The notes beneath the pieces were generated by a model. It worked only from the letters and a program-made list of their open reading frames with translations, had not been told where the DNA came from and made no database searches. This document shows positions 9,040 to 17,308 of a stretch of DNA of 44,918 nt, piece by piece (the stretch's first letter is position 1; each line of letters opens with the position of its first letter). The translations under genes and the position numbers were made by a program. Source of the DNA: Vectrevirus LI10P3; the sequence record OZ035798.1. One strand, given 5' to 3'.

Positions 9040-9180
9040 ACGTGTACCTTAGGTTATTCCTTGATGGATAGCTTAGGTTAGCCTTAGTGGATTACCTTAG
9101 TTAAAGCCTTAGTGCTTCACTTAGTATCCGCTTAGTAGTGTACCTTAGTAAGTCTTAGTGTCTTCTCTTAGTGATTGCAC
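9040..9180 (+). repeat. Array of short direct repeats, CTTAGT(G/A), at least 10 copies
   Basis: Irregularly spaced CCTTAGT/CTTAGTG copies; extra copies at 8845-8925 and 9316-9500; analogous to the heptamer arrays next to T7 terminal repeats. Confidence 0.6.
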
Positions 9181-9369
9181 ATGCAAGCATGTAAGATGCC
9201 ATTAGGTCGCGGTCGGTAGACCGCTAAAGAAGAAGTATAGTAATAAGATGCAGTAGGAGGAACACCAGAAACCTAGCCAACCTAGCCTATCCTAGCTCTG
9301 CATCTATTGCTTTTCCTTAGTCTCACATGTTAGACAACCTATCTTATTCTTAGTGATGATAACTTAGTG

Positions 9370-9398
9370 TTGACAAGATAATCTTAGTGTAATACTAT
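9370..9398 (+). promoter_or_regulatory. Candidate host sigma70 early promoter
   Basis: TTGACA, 17 nt spacer, TACTAT. Confidence 0.4.
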
Positions 9399-9470
9399 GC
9401 ATCACGTAGGCGGTGCTGAGGCACCTAGTAGCCAGCTAGTAAGGCATACGAAGAGACTAGCGCTTACATT

Positions 9471-9483
9471 GCTCTTTAACAAT
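9471..9483 (+). promoter_or_regulatory. boxA-like antitermination element, copy 1
   Basis: GCTCTTTAACAAT, identical to the rrn-type boxA core; ~66 nt downstream of the candidate promoter. Confidence 0.5.
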
Positions 9484-9541
9484 TTGCTTAGTGTAACCTA
9501 TGTATGCCGTGGTCAATTACTTATTGAATGAGGGATTAACT

Positions 9542-9721
9542 ATGACATTAAACAACCGTGAACTATCCGTTCTCTTCACTCTGTTGTGCTACATGATTCG
9601 TAAAAACGAATTGCTTACAGATGACGAGTTAGCCTTGTATCACCGCTTTCTTAACGAAGGTTGGACCGATACAGTTAATCAATACCGTAACATGATAGAT
9701 GAGTTGAGGGAGGGTAAATAA
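9542..9721 (+). CDS. Early hypothetical protein (59 aa)
   Basis: GAGGGA RBS; first ORF after the terminus region. Confidence 0.55.
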   Translation: MTLNNRELSVLFTLLCYMIRKNELLTDDELALYHRFLNEGWTDTVNQYRNMIDELREGK

Positions 9722-9945
9722 TGTATCAGCATGAGGTTTTCTTTGAGTCAGCTAGTGAAGCTATCCGCTTCCTTGAAGATATGCTACAAGCTGGCGTAGG
9801 TGTTGATGTACATCACTTCCTACTAGATTACGACACTGAATATCACCGAGTTACCTTAGTATCTGAGTATGACAACCAAGTCATTACTGAGTACCTAGGC
9901 AGTGAAGATTACGATTATGATGAAGTAATCACGACAAATCTCTAA
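9721..9945 (+). CDS. Early acidic hypothetical protein (74 aa)
   Basis: GAGGGAGGG RBS; very Asp/Glu/Tyr-rich C-terminal half. Confidence 0.6.
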   Translation: MYQHEVFFESASEAIRFLEDMLQAGVGVDVHHFLLDYDTEYHRVTLVSEYDNQVITEYLGSEDYDYDEVITTNL

Positions 9946-9953
9946 ATTAACTG

Positions 9954-9982
9954 TTGACAGCCACGGCATACAAGGCTACATT
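9954..9982 (+). promoter_or_regulatory. Candidate host sigma70 early promoter
   Basis: TTGACA, 17 nt spacer, TACATT. Confidence 0.45.
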
Positions 9983-10015
9983 AAGCATCAAGACGGCGAC
10001 GTCTTTAAACATCCC

Positions 10016-10028
10016 GCTCTTTAACAAT
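10016..10028 (+). promoter_or_regulatory. boxA-like antitermination element, copy 2
   Basis: cGCTCTTTAACAAT, ~27 nt downstream of the predicted start site of the promoter at 9954. Confidence 0.5.
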
Positions 10029-10227
10029 ACGGTTTGTGTCTTGATAGGCTAACTAACTAACTAAGGTAATTATCATGAAAGGTTTAATTTGTGTAGAACG
10101 TATGGTCAATGGTAAACTTGAAATATTACCACTGGAAAACCAATCTAGCTTCAAAGAGTGGTATGGCTGTTTCTCACTTATTTAAGGTAAAGGCTGGCAC
10201 TAGTCAGCCTATCAAGGCGCAAACCAA

Positions 10228-10240
10228 GCTCTTTAACAAT
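10228..10240 (+). promoter_or_regulatory. boxA-like antitermination element, copy 3
   Basis: GCTCTTTAACAAT, ~100 nt upstream of the ocr start codon. Confidence 0.5.
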
Positions 10241-10336
10241 TTGGATGGTAGCTTCTTAGTCTGGATAGGTTAAACCTAGGGGACTCTCTTGAGTCTCCTA
10301 TAATGTAACCTAACTAACTAAATGAGGATTAATAAC

Positions 10337-10690
10337 ATGGCTATGTCTAATATGACTTACTCTCAGGTTTACAACACCGCTCATGCTGCATTAGTTGAAC
10401 GTATCTGGAATGATGATATTGATTGTATCGATAACGCACATGATGCAATCCATGAGGTAGCGGACAGTGCTGTACCAATCTATTATGCTGACATCTTCTC
10501 AGTAATGGCGAGTGAGGGTATTGATCACTTCTTCGAAGACTCCGGCCTGATGCCAGATACTAAGGATGTAACGGTCGTACTACAAGCCCGTATTTATGAA
10601 CAACTCACCATTGATTTATGGGAACGTGTTCAAGATATGATTGTTGCGTACACCACTTACGCTGAGTATTCAGAAGAAGAGGAGGAATAA
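10337..10690 (+). CDS. ocr: Ocr (gp0.3-like) DNA-mimic anti-restriction protein
   Basis: MAMSNMTY...[19 protein letters not shown]...[13 protein letters not shown]...[15 protein letters not shown]...EEEEE closely matches recalled T7 Ocr; 117 aa, highly acidic. Confidence 0.85.
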   Translation: MAMSNMTYSQVYNTAHAALVERIWNDDIDCIDNAHDAIHEVADSAVPIYYADIFSVMASEGIDHFFEDSGLMPDTKDVTVVLQARIYEQLTIDLWERVQDMIVAYTTYAEYSEEEEE

Positions 10691-10795
10691 GATGGAAAAG
10701 CTATACAACTTCATCTTTTCAGACGGTGTAACCCTGAAGTGTTCCCTGCGTTTCGCACAAATTCGTGAGGAAGTACTAGGCACTACATACAAACT

Positions 10796-10818
10796 ATTTA
10801 GCTGACACTATAAGAGAA
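10796..10818 (+). promoter_or_regulatory. Phage RNAP promoter variant
   Basis: ATTTAGCTGACACTATAAGAGAAGG. Confidence 0.5.
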
Positions 10819-10880
10819 GGCTTAACAAGGCGTTACTAAGGTAGCGCCTGATTAAACTTTCACTTACTAGGAGTAAGACT

Positions 10881-11108
10881 ATGGATTTAGATAGCATCAT
10901 TATGGCATTTGCTCTTATTGGCTTAAGCTGGTGCTCCTATCACCTTTACCGTGAGTTCTTATTTGATAAAGCTAAACGCAAACTAAGAAAGGAAGGCGGT
11001 AATTACCTTTGTGTAAGAGATGGGCTTGTAGAATACATTGCACCTAACGGCACGGAATGCGCCATTAGCAAAGATGCATTTATAGAAACGTGGCATTACA
11101 TCAAGTAA
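10881..11108 (+). CDS. Early small membrane protein (75 aa)
   Basis: AGGAG RBS; N-terminal hydrophobic segment IIMAFALIGLSWCSY. Confidence 0.55.
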   Translation: MDLDSIIMAFALIGLSWCSYHLYREFLFDKAKRKLRKEGGNYLCVRDGLVEYIAPNGTECAISKDAFIETWHYIK

Positions 11109-11171
11109 CTAGCCTATAGCCTACCTGAGTGGGCTATGTGATATTTACTTACACTATATAAGGTGACTATT

Positions 11172-12095
11172 ATGACTACTGAAAACACCCTCCTGTCTGT
11201 TCGTGAAGCTGCAACCGCTGAGATCAAGCAACACTTAGACAATATCGGCACTTCTTACATCAAAGTTGGCGCTTGTCTTAATGAGTTACGCGGTGACTTT
11301 GAAGGTCAAAAAGACTTTTTGGCTTATGTAGAATCAGAATTTGGAATCAAGAAAGCACAATGCTACAAGCTGATGAGTGTAGCCCGTGTCTTTGAAGGAG
11401 ACGAACGCTTTAAAGGTGTGGCTATGCGTGTAATGCTGGCGCTTGTTCCTTTCGCTGATGAAAATATAATCATGGAGAAGGCCGCAGAACTCGCCGCAGA
11501 GGGCAAGCTGGACACTAACGCCGTAAACGCCCTGATTGATCCTAAGAAAGAGACAAAGGCCGAGACGGTACAATCTAAGGTTGAGTCGGTAAAACCGCAG
11601 GAGAACGCGACTGAGGCCGCAGAAACTATGCAAGGACATGCAACCTTTGAGGATTTCATCTTAGAGAAGGCGAAAGAGGATTTACAAAGTGTGCCGCCAG
11701 TAAGTGAGTCGGGTAACGACGAATCCGCACCGTGGGAAGATGAAAGCAAGCCGGAAGACACAAAGGCAGCGCCACGGGATAACACGGCTAATACTGAGAA
11801 TGCCGCTATTGCTGGTCTGCTGGCACAAATTAAAGCACTGACTGAGCAATTACAGGCAGCTAATGACCGCATTGCCTCCTTAAGCAGCGCACGCGAAAGC
11901 AAGAAAGCAGCCGCGCCTATGCTGCCGCAATTCAAATCTTCCTGCTTCTATGCTCGCTTAGGTTTAAGCGCTGAGGAGGCAACGAAGAAAACAGCAGTTA
12001 ACAAGGCACGCCGCGAACTGGTTAAGCTAGGCTACGGCGAAGGCCATGAAGCATGGCCCTTAATCTCTGAGGCAGTAGAAGAATTAACTAAGTAA
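11172..12095 (+). CDS. Early hypothetical protein with predicted N-terminal helical domain and Ala/Glu/Lys-rich C-terminal region
   Basis: 307 aa from ATG 11172; low-complexity charged middle and C-terminal heptad-like region; occupies the slot of T7 gene 0.7 but shows no kinase motifs. Confidence 0.6.
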   Translation: MTTENTLLSVREAATAEIKQHLDNIGTSYIKVGACLNELRGDFEGQKDFLAYVESEFGIKKAQCYKLMSVARVFEGDERFKGVAMRVMLALVPFADENIIMEKAAELAAEGKLDTNAVNALIDPKKETKAETVQSKVESVKPQENATEAAETMQGHATFEDFILEKAKEDLQSVPPVSESGNDESAPWEDESKPEDTKAAPRDNTANTENAAIAGLLAQIKALTEQLQAANDRIASLSSARESKKAAAPMLPQFKSSCFYARLGLSAEEATKKTAVNKARRELVKLGYGEGHEAWPLISEAVEELTK

Positions 12096-12158
12096 CCCTA
12101 TCGGTGGCATCTTATTAGGTGTCACCTATTAAGGTTTCTTTCACTAGGAGTAAACAAG

Positions 12159-14786
12159 ATGCAAGACCTACACGCTATTCAACTTCAACTTGAAGAAGAA
12201 ATGTTTAACGGCGGTATCCGTCGCTTTGAAGCGGACCAACAACGCCAGATTGCATCCGGTAATGAATCAGACACGGCATGGAATCGCCGCTTATTGTCCG
12301 AGTTAATCGCGCCAATGGCTGAAGGTATTCAGGCTTATAAGGAAGAGTACGAAGGCAAGCGCGGTCGTGCACCACGTGCATTGGCTTTCATTAACTGCGT
12401 AGAAAATGAAGTGGCAGCGTATATCACGATGAAGATCGTAATGGATATGCTTAACACTGATGTAACCTTGCAAGCTATCGCTATGAATGTAGCTGACCGC
12501 ATTGAGGACCAAGTGCGCTTCAGTAAACTAGAAGGCCATGCAGCTAAATATTTTGAGAAGGTCAAGAAGTCACTTAAGGCAAGTAAGACTAAATCATATC
12601 GCCATGCGCACAACGTAGCGGTCGTGGCTGAGAAGTCAGTAGCTGACCGTGACGCTGATTTCTCTCGCTGGGAAGCGTGGCCTAAAGATACCTTGCTACA
12701 AATTGGGATGACCTTGCTTGAAATCTTAGAGAATAGCGTATTCTTCAACGGGCAACCTGTCTTCCTCCGCACCTTGCGCACTAATGGCGGCAAACATGGT
12801 GTTTACTACCTACAGACTAGCGAACACGTGGGTGAATGGATAACTGCATTTAAAGAGCACGTAGCTCAGCTGAGTCCAGCCTATGCGCCTTGCGTGATTC
12901 CTCCTCGTCCGTGGGTGTCACCTTTTAATGGCGGTTTTCACACTGAGAAGGTGGCAAGCCGTATTCGTCTGGTTAAAGGTAACCGCGAGCACGTCCGCAA
13001 GCTGACCAAAAAGCAAATGCCAGCGGTTTACAAGGCTGTTAACGCCTTACAAGCTACTAAGTGGCAGGTTAACAAGGAAGTATTGCAGGTAGTAGAAGAT
13101 GTTATTCGTCTAGACCTCGGTTATGGTGTACCTTCCTTTAAGCCGCTCATTGACCGCGAGAACAAACCAGCTAACCCTGTTCCTCTTGAGTTCCAGCACC
13201 TGCGAGGCCGTGAATTGAAAGAGATGCTAACACCGGAGCAATGGCAGGCCTTCATCAACTGGAAGGGTGAATGTACTAAGCTGTATACCGCTGAGACTAA
13301 GCGCGGCAGCAAGTCGGCGGCGACCGTCCGCATGGTAGGACAGGCCCGTAAATACAGCCAGTTTGACGCTATTTATTTTGTATATGCACTGGACAGCCGT
13401 TCACGCGTTTATGCGCAATCTAGCACGCTCTCGCCGCAATCAAACGACTTAGGCAAGGCATTGCTCCGTTTTACCGAAGGGCAGCGTCTTGATAGCGCTG
13501 AGGCGCTTAAGTGGTTTTTGGTGAACGGGGCGAATAACTGGGGTTGGGATAAGAAAACTTTTGACGTGCGCACCTCTAACGTGCTGGATGGCGAATTTCA
13601 AGACATGTGCCGCGACATTGCAGCCGATCCGCTGACCTTCACTCAATGGGTAAATGCCGACTCCCCTTACGGCTTCCTTGCATGGTGCTTTGAATATGCG
13701 CGTTATCTGGATGCACTGGATGAAGGCACGCAAGACCAATTCATGACGCATCTACCCGTCCATCAAGACGGTAGTTGCTCTGGTATCCAGCACTATAGCG
13801 CGATGTTACGCGATGAAGTAGGTGCGAAAGCAGTAAACCTTAAGCCCTCTGACTCTCCTCAAGATATTTATGGTGCCGTTGCGCAGGTAGTAATTCAGAA
13901 GAACTATGCATACATGAATGCAGAGGATGCGGAAACCTTCACTTCTGGCAGCGTGACTTTAACAGGTGCGGAGCTGCGTAGTATGGCTAGTGCGTGGGAT
14001 ATGATAGGAATCACTCGCGGCCTGACCAAAAAGCCCGTAATGACACTACCTTATGGCAGCACACGTCTAACCTGCCGTGAGTCAGTGATTGATTATATCG
14101 TTGATTTAGAAGAAAAAGAGGCCCAACGGGCTATTGCGGAAGGGCGTACCGCCAATCCTGTACACCCTTTTGATAATGACCGTAAGGACAGCCTGACACC
14201 TAGCGCAGCTTATAACTATATGACAGCTTTAATCTGGCCTTCTATTTCGGAAGTGGTTAAAGCTCCTATAGTGGCAATGAAAATGATTCGTCAGCTTGCA
14301 CGTTTCGCAGCTAAAAGGAATGAAGGCTTAGAGTACACCTTGCCTACTGGCTTCATCTTGCAACAAAAGATAATGGCGACAGATATGCTCCGCGTATCTA
14401 CTTGCTTGATGGGAGAAATCAAGATGAGTCTACAGATTGAAACGGACGTAGTGGATGAAACGGCTATGATGGGCGCTGCTGCCCCTAACTTTGTGCACGG
14501 TCATGATGCCAGTCACCTTATCTTAACGGTCTGCGACCTTGTTGATAAAGGGATTACATCTATCGCAGTAATTCATGATTCTTTTGGCACTCATGCAGGT
14601 CGCACCGCAGACCTACGTGATAGTCTAAGGGCAGAAATGGTGAAGATGTATCAAGGCCGTAACGCTCTGCAAAGCCTGTTAGATGAGCATGAAGAACGCT
14701 GGTTAGTAGACACCGGAATCCAAGTGCCAGAGCAAGGAGAGTTTGACCTTAACGAAATCTTAGTATCTGACTATTGCTTCGCATAA
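12159..14786 (+). CDS. Single-subunit DNA-dependent RNA polymerase (T7/SP6 gene 1-like)
   Basis: 875 aa; [52 protein letters not shown] and HDSFGTHAG motifs; C-terminal ...CFA. Confidence 0.95.
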   Translation: MQDLHAIQLQLEEEMFNGGIRRFEADQQRQIASGNESDTAWNRRLLSELIAPMAEGIQAYKEEYEGKRGRAPRALAFINCVENEVAAYITMKIVMDMLNTDVTLQAIAMNVADRIEDQVRFSKLEGHAAKYFEKVKKSLKASKTKSYRHAHNVAVVAEKSVADRDADFSRWEAWPKDTLLQIGMTLLEILENSVFFNGQPVFLRTLRTNGGKHGVYYLQTSEHVGEWITAFKEHVAQLSPAYAPCVIPPRPWVSPFNGGFHTEKVASRIRLVKGNREHVRKLTKKQMPAVYKAVNALQATKWQVNKEVLQVVEDVIRLDLGYGVPSFKPLIDRENKPANPVPLEFQHLRGRELKEMLTPEQWQAFINWKGECTKLYTAETKRGSKSAATVRMVGQARKYSQFDAIYFVYALDSRSRVYAQSSTLSPQSNDLGKALLRFTEGQRLDSAEALKWFLVNGANNWGWDKKTFDVRTSNVLDGEFQDMCRDIAADPLTFTQWVNADSPYGFLAWCFEYARYLDALDEGTQDQFMTHLPVHQDGSCSGIQHYSAMLRDEVGAKAVNLKPSDSPQDIYGAVAQVVIQKNYAYMNAEDAETFTSGSVTLTGAELRSMASAWDMIGITRGLTKKPVMTLPYGSTRLTCRESVIDYIVDLEEKEAQRAIAEGRTANPVHPFDNDRKDSLTPSAAYNYMTALIWPSISEVVKAPIVAMKMIRQLARFAAKRNEGLEYTLPTGFILQQKIMATDMLRVSTCLMGEIKMSLQIETDVVDETAMMGAAAPNFVHGHDASHLILTVCDLVDKGITSIAVIHDSFGTHAGRTADLRDSLRAEMVKMYQGRNALQSLLDEHEERWLVDTGIQVPEQGEFDLNEILVSDYCFA

Positions 14787-14794
14787 TATTAATA

Positions 14795-14824
14795 GGCCAT
14801 TCCTTCGGGAGTGGCCTTTCTTTT
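14795..14824 (+). terminator. Stem-loop with UUCG tetraloop and T-run after the RNAP gene
   Basis: GGCCATTCC-ttcg-GGAGTGGCC then TTTCTTTT; could alternatively be an RNase III-type site. Confidence 0.5.
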
Positions 14825-14858
14825 ACCTACTACCGGTAACATTTCATTAACATAAAGT

Positions 14859-14874
14859 GTCTCACATGTGAGAC
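14859..14874 (+). repeat. Conserved palindrome GTCTCACATGTGAGAC, copy 1
   Basis: Perfect 16 bp palindrome abutting the promoter at 14877. Confidence 0.7.
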
Positions 14875-14876
14875 TT

Positions 14877-14899
14877 ATTTACCGGACACTATAGGATAG
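14877..14899 (+). promoter_or_regulatory. Phage RNAP promoter variant (ori-associated A)
   Basis: ATTTACCGGACACTATAGGATAG. Confidence 0.6.
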
Positions 14900-14947
14900 C
14901 CGTCGGAGACGGGAAAGAAAGGGGAAGATAAAGGATATAAAAAGGAA

Positions 14948-14994
14948 GTAATAGGTATTAAAGGCTATATAGGTTATCTAGGAATACCTATTAC
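14948..14994 (+). promoter_or_regulatory. Large hairpin
   Basis: GTAATAGGTATT ... AATACCTATTAC, perfect 12 bp stem with 23 nt loop. Confidence 0.45.
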
Positions 14995-15000
14995 CTTCTT

Positions 15001-15029
15001 CCTTCCTCTTATTACTACTTAGAGGAAGG
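15001..15029 (+). promoter_or_regulatory. Hairpin
   Basis: CCTTCCTCT-tattactactt-AGAGGAAGG, perfect 9 bp stem. Confidence 0.4.
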
Positions 15030-15042
15030 GCAGATCTAGGTT

Positions 15043-15058
15043 GTCTCACATGTGAGAC
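15043..15058 (+). repeat. Conserved palindrome GTCTCACATGTGAGAC, copy 2
   Basis: Perfect 16 bp palindrome a few nt upstream of the promoter at 15064. Confidence 0.7.
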
Positions 15059-15063
15059 TTCGT

Positions 15064-15086
15064 ATTTACCGGACAGTATAGATAAG
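15064..15086 (+). promoter_or_regulatory. Phage RNAP promoter variant (ori-associated B)
   Basis: ATTTACCGGACAGTATAGATAAG. Confidence 0.5.
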
Positions 15087-15111
15087 ACTAACTTACTTTG
15101 GAGATTTAACC

Positions 15112-15240
15112 ATGCGTAACTTTGAGAAGATGACCCGTAAAGCTAACCGTTTTGACATGGAAGAAGGGCAGAAGAAAGGCAAGAAGCTGAATAAACCTGT
15201 CCGTGACCGTGCATCTAAACGCGCTGCGTGGGAGTTCTAA
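15112..15240 (+). CDS. gp1.1-like small basic protein (42 aa)
   Basis: MRNFEKMTRKANR...KLNKPVRDRASKR matches recalled T7 gp1.1; GGAG RBS; below the 60 aa cut-off of the ORF track. Confidence 0.6.
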   Translation: MRNFEKMTRKANRFDMEEGQKKGKKLNKPVRDRASKRAAWEF

Positions 15241-15243
15241 GTT

Positions 15244-17232
15244 ATGGCTATTATTCAGAATGTACCGTGTCCTGCCTGTCAAAAGAATGGACATGATATT
15301 ACTGGCAACCATCTTATGATATTTGAGGATGGCGCTGGTTACTGTAACCGTGGTCACTTCCATGATAATGGGAAGCCTTATTACCATAAGCCAGAGGGTG
15401 GCATCGAGATAACCGAGTTACCTATTACTGGCAATATCAAATATACACCTTCTCAATTCAAAGAAATGGAGAAGGAAGGGAAGATAAGCGACCCTAAGCT
15501 ACGCGCCATCGCTCTTGGTGGTATGCGTATGAAAGACCGTTGGGAGGTCATGAATGAGCAAGAAAGGGCAGACCAAGAAGCAGAGTGGAAACTTGATGTT
15601 GAATGGTTCCTCACGCTTAAGCGTAAGAACCTTGTATCCCGTCACATTCGAGGTGACATCGCAGCAATGTACGATGTGCGCGTTGGACACGATGAAGAGG
15701 GAAGAGTCAACCGTCACTATTATCCACGATATGAAAAGGGTGTGCTTGTTGGGGCAAAATGCCGGACGTTGCCGAAGGATTTTAAGTTCGGACACCTAGG
15801 TAAACTCTTTGGTATGCAAGATCTTTTCGGTATGAACACTTTGTCTCACGTGTTAGACAAGGGAAGACGAAAGGATTGCTTGCTTATTGTAGGCGGTGAA
15901 CTTGATGCACTAGCAGCGCAGCAGATGCTCCTTGATTCTGCCAAGGGTACTAAGTGGGAAGGCCAGCCATACCATGTATGGTCTGTCAACAAAGGCGAGT
16001 CTTGTCTTGAAGAGATAGTGCAAAACCGTGAGCATATCGCCCAATTCAAGAAGATTATATGGGGTTTTGATGGAGATGAGGTAGGGCAGAAGCAGAATCA
16101 GCAAGCGGCTCGCCTGTTTCCTGGCAAATCCTATATCCTTGAATACCCCTCTGGTTGCAAAGATGCTAACAAGGCATTGATGGCTGGCAAGGCCAAAGAG
16201 TTTGTTGATGCATGGTTTAATGCCAAGTCATCTGATGAAGTCTTTGGTAGCCAGATTAAATCTATCGCCTCTCAAAGGGATAAGCTCAAGGCTGCACGTC
16301 CAGAGCAAGGACTATCATGGCCTTGGCCTAAGCTGAACAAGGTAACGCTAGGTATTCGTAAGAACCAACTTATCATTGTAGGCGCAGGCTCTGGTGTAGG
16401 TAAGACTGAGTTCCTTCGTGAAGTAGTTAAGCACCTCATTGAAGAACACGGTGAATCTGTAGGCATCATTTCTACAGAAGACCCGATGGTCAAGGTGTCC
16501 CGTGCTTTTATCGGCAAGTGGATTGATAAGCGTATTGAGTTACCGCCAACCAACGACCCTAAAGAAGACGGATACCGTGAGGTGTTCGACTACACCGAGG
16601 AAGAAGCTAACGCCGCCATTGATTATGTAGCTGATACAGGTAAGCTGTTTGTAGCTGACCTAGAGGGTGACTATTCGATGGAAAAGGTAGAGCAAACTTG
16701 CCTAGAGTTTGAGGCTATGGGTATTTCTAATATCATCATTGATAACTTAACGGGGATTAAATTAGATGAGCGTGCTTTTGGTGGGAAGGTTGGTGCACTT
16801 GATGAATGCGTCAAGCGGATTGGTACTATCAAAGACCGACACCCGGTTACTATATTCCTTGTATCACACCTTACACGTCCTCCGGCAAACCGTACCCAAC
16901 ACGAAGAAGGTGGCGAAGTTATCCTTTCTGACTTCCGAGGCTCAGGAGCTATCGGATTCTGGGCATCTTACGCCTTGGGGATTGAGCGTAACACAAGAGC
17001 TGAAACGCTTGATGAAAGAACTACCACGTACATCTCATGTGTCAAAGACCGCGACCAAGGTATCTGGACTGGAACCAAGGTCATGCTTAAGGGTGACATT
17101 CAAACCGGACGTTTAATGGAACCACAAGCCCGTACTAAGTCATTTGATACAGGTGAAGCAAGGCAACAAGAAGTACCAGATTTACCGGACACTATAGAAG
17201 AGACTAACTTCGATGAAGAAAGTGAGTTCTGA
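15244..17232 (+). CDS. DNA primase/helicase (gp4-like)
   Basis: N-terminal zinc-binding CPACQ...CNRGH; Walker A GAGSGVGKT; acidic C-terminus FDEESEF. Confidence 0.9.
   Translation: MAIIQNVPCPACQKNGHDITGNHLMIFEDGAGYCNRGHFHDNGKPYYHKPEGGIEITELPITGNIKYTPSQFKEMEKEGKISDPKLRAIALGGMRMKDRWEVMNEQERADQEAEWKLDVEWFLTLKRKNLVSRHIRGDIAAMYDVRVGHDEEGRVNRHYYPRYEKGVLVGAKCRTLPKDFKFGHLGKLFGMQDLFGMNTLSHVLDKGRRKDCLLIVGGELDALAAQQMLLDSAKGTKWEGQPYHVWSVNKGESCLEEIVQNREHIAQFKKIIWGFDGDEVGQKQNQQAARLFPGKSYILEYPSGCKDANKALMAGKAKEFVDAWFNAKSSDEVFGSQIKSIASQRDKLKAARPEQGLSWPWPKLNKVTLGIRKNQLIIVGAGSGVGKTEFLREVVKHLIEEHGESVGIISTEDPMVKVSRAFIGKWIDKRIELPPTNDPKEDGYREVFDYTEEEANAAIDYVADTGKLFVADLEGDYSMEKVEQTCLEFEAMGISNIIIDNLTGIKLDERAFGGKVGALDECVKRIGTIKDRHPVTIFLVSHLTRPPANRTQHEEGGEVILSDFRGSGAIGFWASYALGIERNTRAETLDERTTTYISCVKDRDQGIWTGTKVMLKGDIQTGRLMEPQARTKSFDTGEARQQEVPDLPDTIEETNFDEESEF
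17180..17202 (+). promoter_or_regulatory. Phage RNAP promoter inside the helicase 3' end
   Basis: ATTTACCGGACACTATAGAAGAG. Confidence 0.6.
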
Positions 17233-17248
17233 TTAGTGTATTTATCAG

Positions 17249-17275
17249 GGCTTGTCTCACATGTGAGACAGGCTC
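17249..17275 (+). repeat. Conserved palindrome, copy 3 (extended hairpin, terminator-like)
   Basis: GGCTTGTCTCACATGTGAGACAGGCTC then CTTATT; nearly identical to the copy at 40549. Confidence 0.65.
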
Positions 17276-17308
17276 TTATTAAGTACATTAAATAACTGGA
17301 GATTGATT

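Noticed and set aside
9040-9180. Possible CRISPR array suggested by the dense short direct repeats
   Set aside because: Repeat unit is only 6-7 bp with irregular 3-15 bp spacing and no cas genes; fits a T7-type terminal short-repeat array, not CRISPR.
10290-10305. TATAAT hexamer upstream of ocr as a host promoter -10 box
   Set aside because: No acceptable -35 element at 16-18 bp spacing; the hexamer lies inside a leader hairpin (GGGACTC/GAGTCTC).
11143-11165. Phage promoter upstream of the 307 aa early gene (ATTTACTTACACTATATAAGG)
   Set aside because: One base shorter than the consensus between the ATTTA and ACACTATA blocks and altered at the initiating region; too divergent to call without transcript mapping.
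11363-11935. Minus-strand ORFs in the six-frame track (e.g. 11363..11935, 22798..23508, 32848..33570, 1739..2236, 36760..37101)
   Set aside because: All lie wholly inside well-supported + strand genes, lack RBS and have low-complexity translations; the genome is transcribed from one strand by phage promoters pointing rightward.
15106-15387. Minus-strand 93 aa ORF across the RNAP-primase junction
   Set aside because: It is antisense to the gp1.1-like gene and the primase start; the + strand gene has an RBS and a recognisable homolog.
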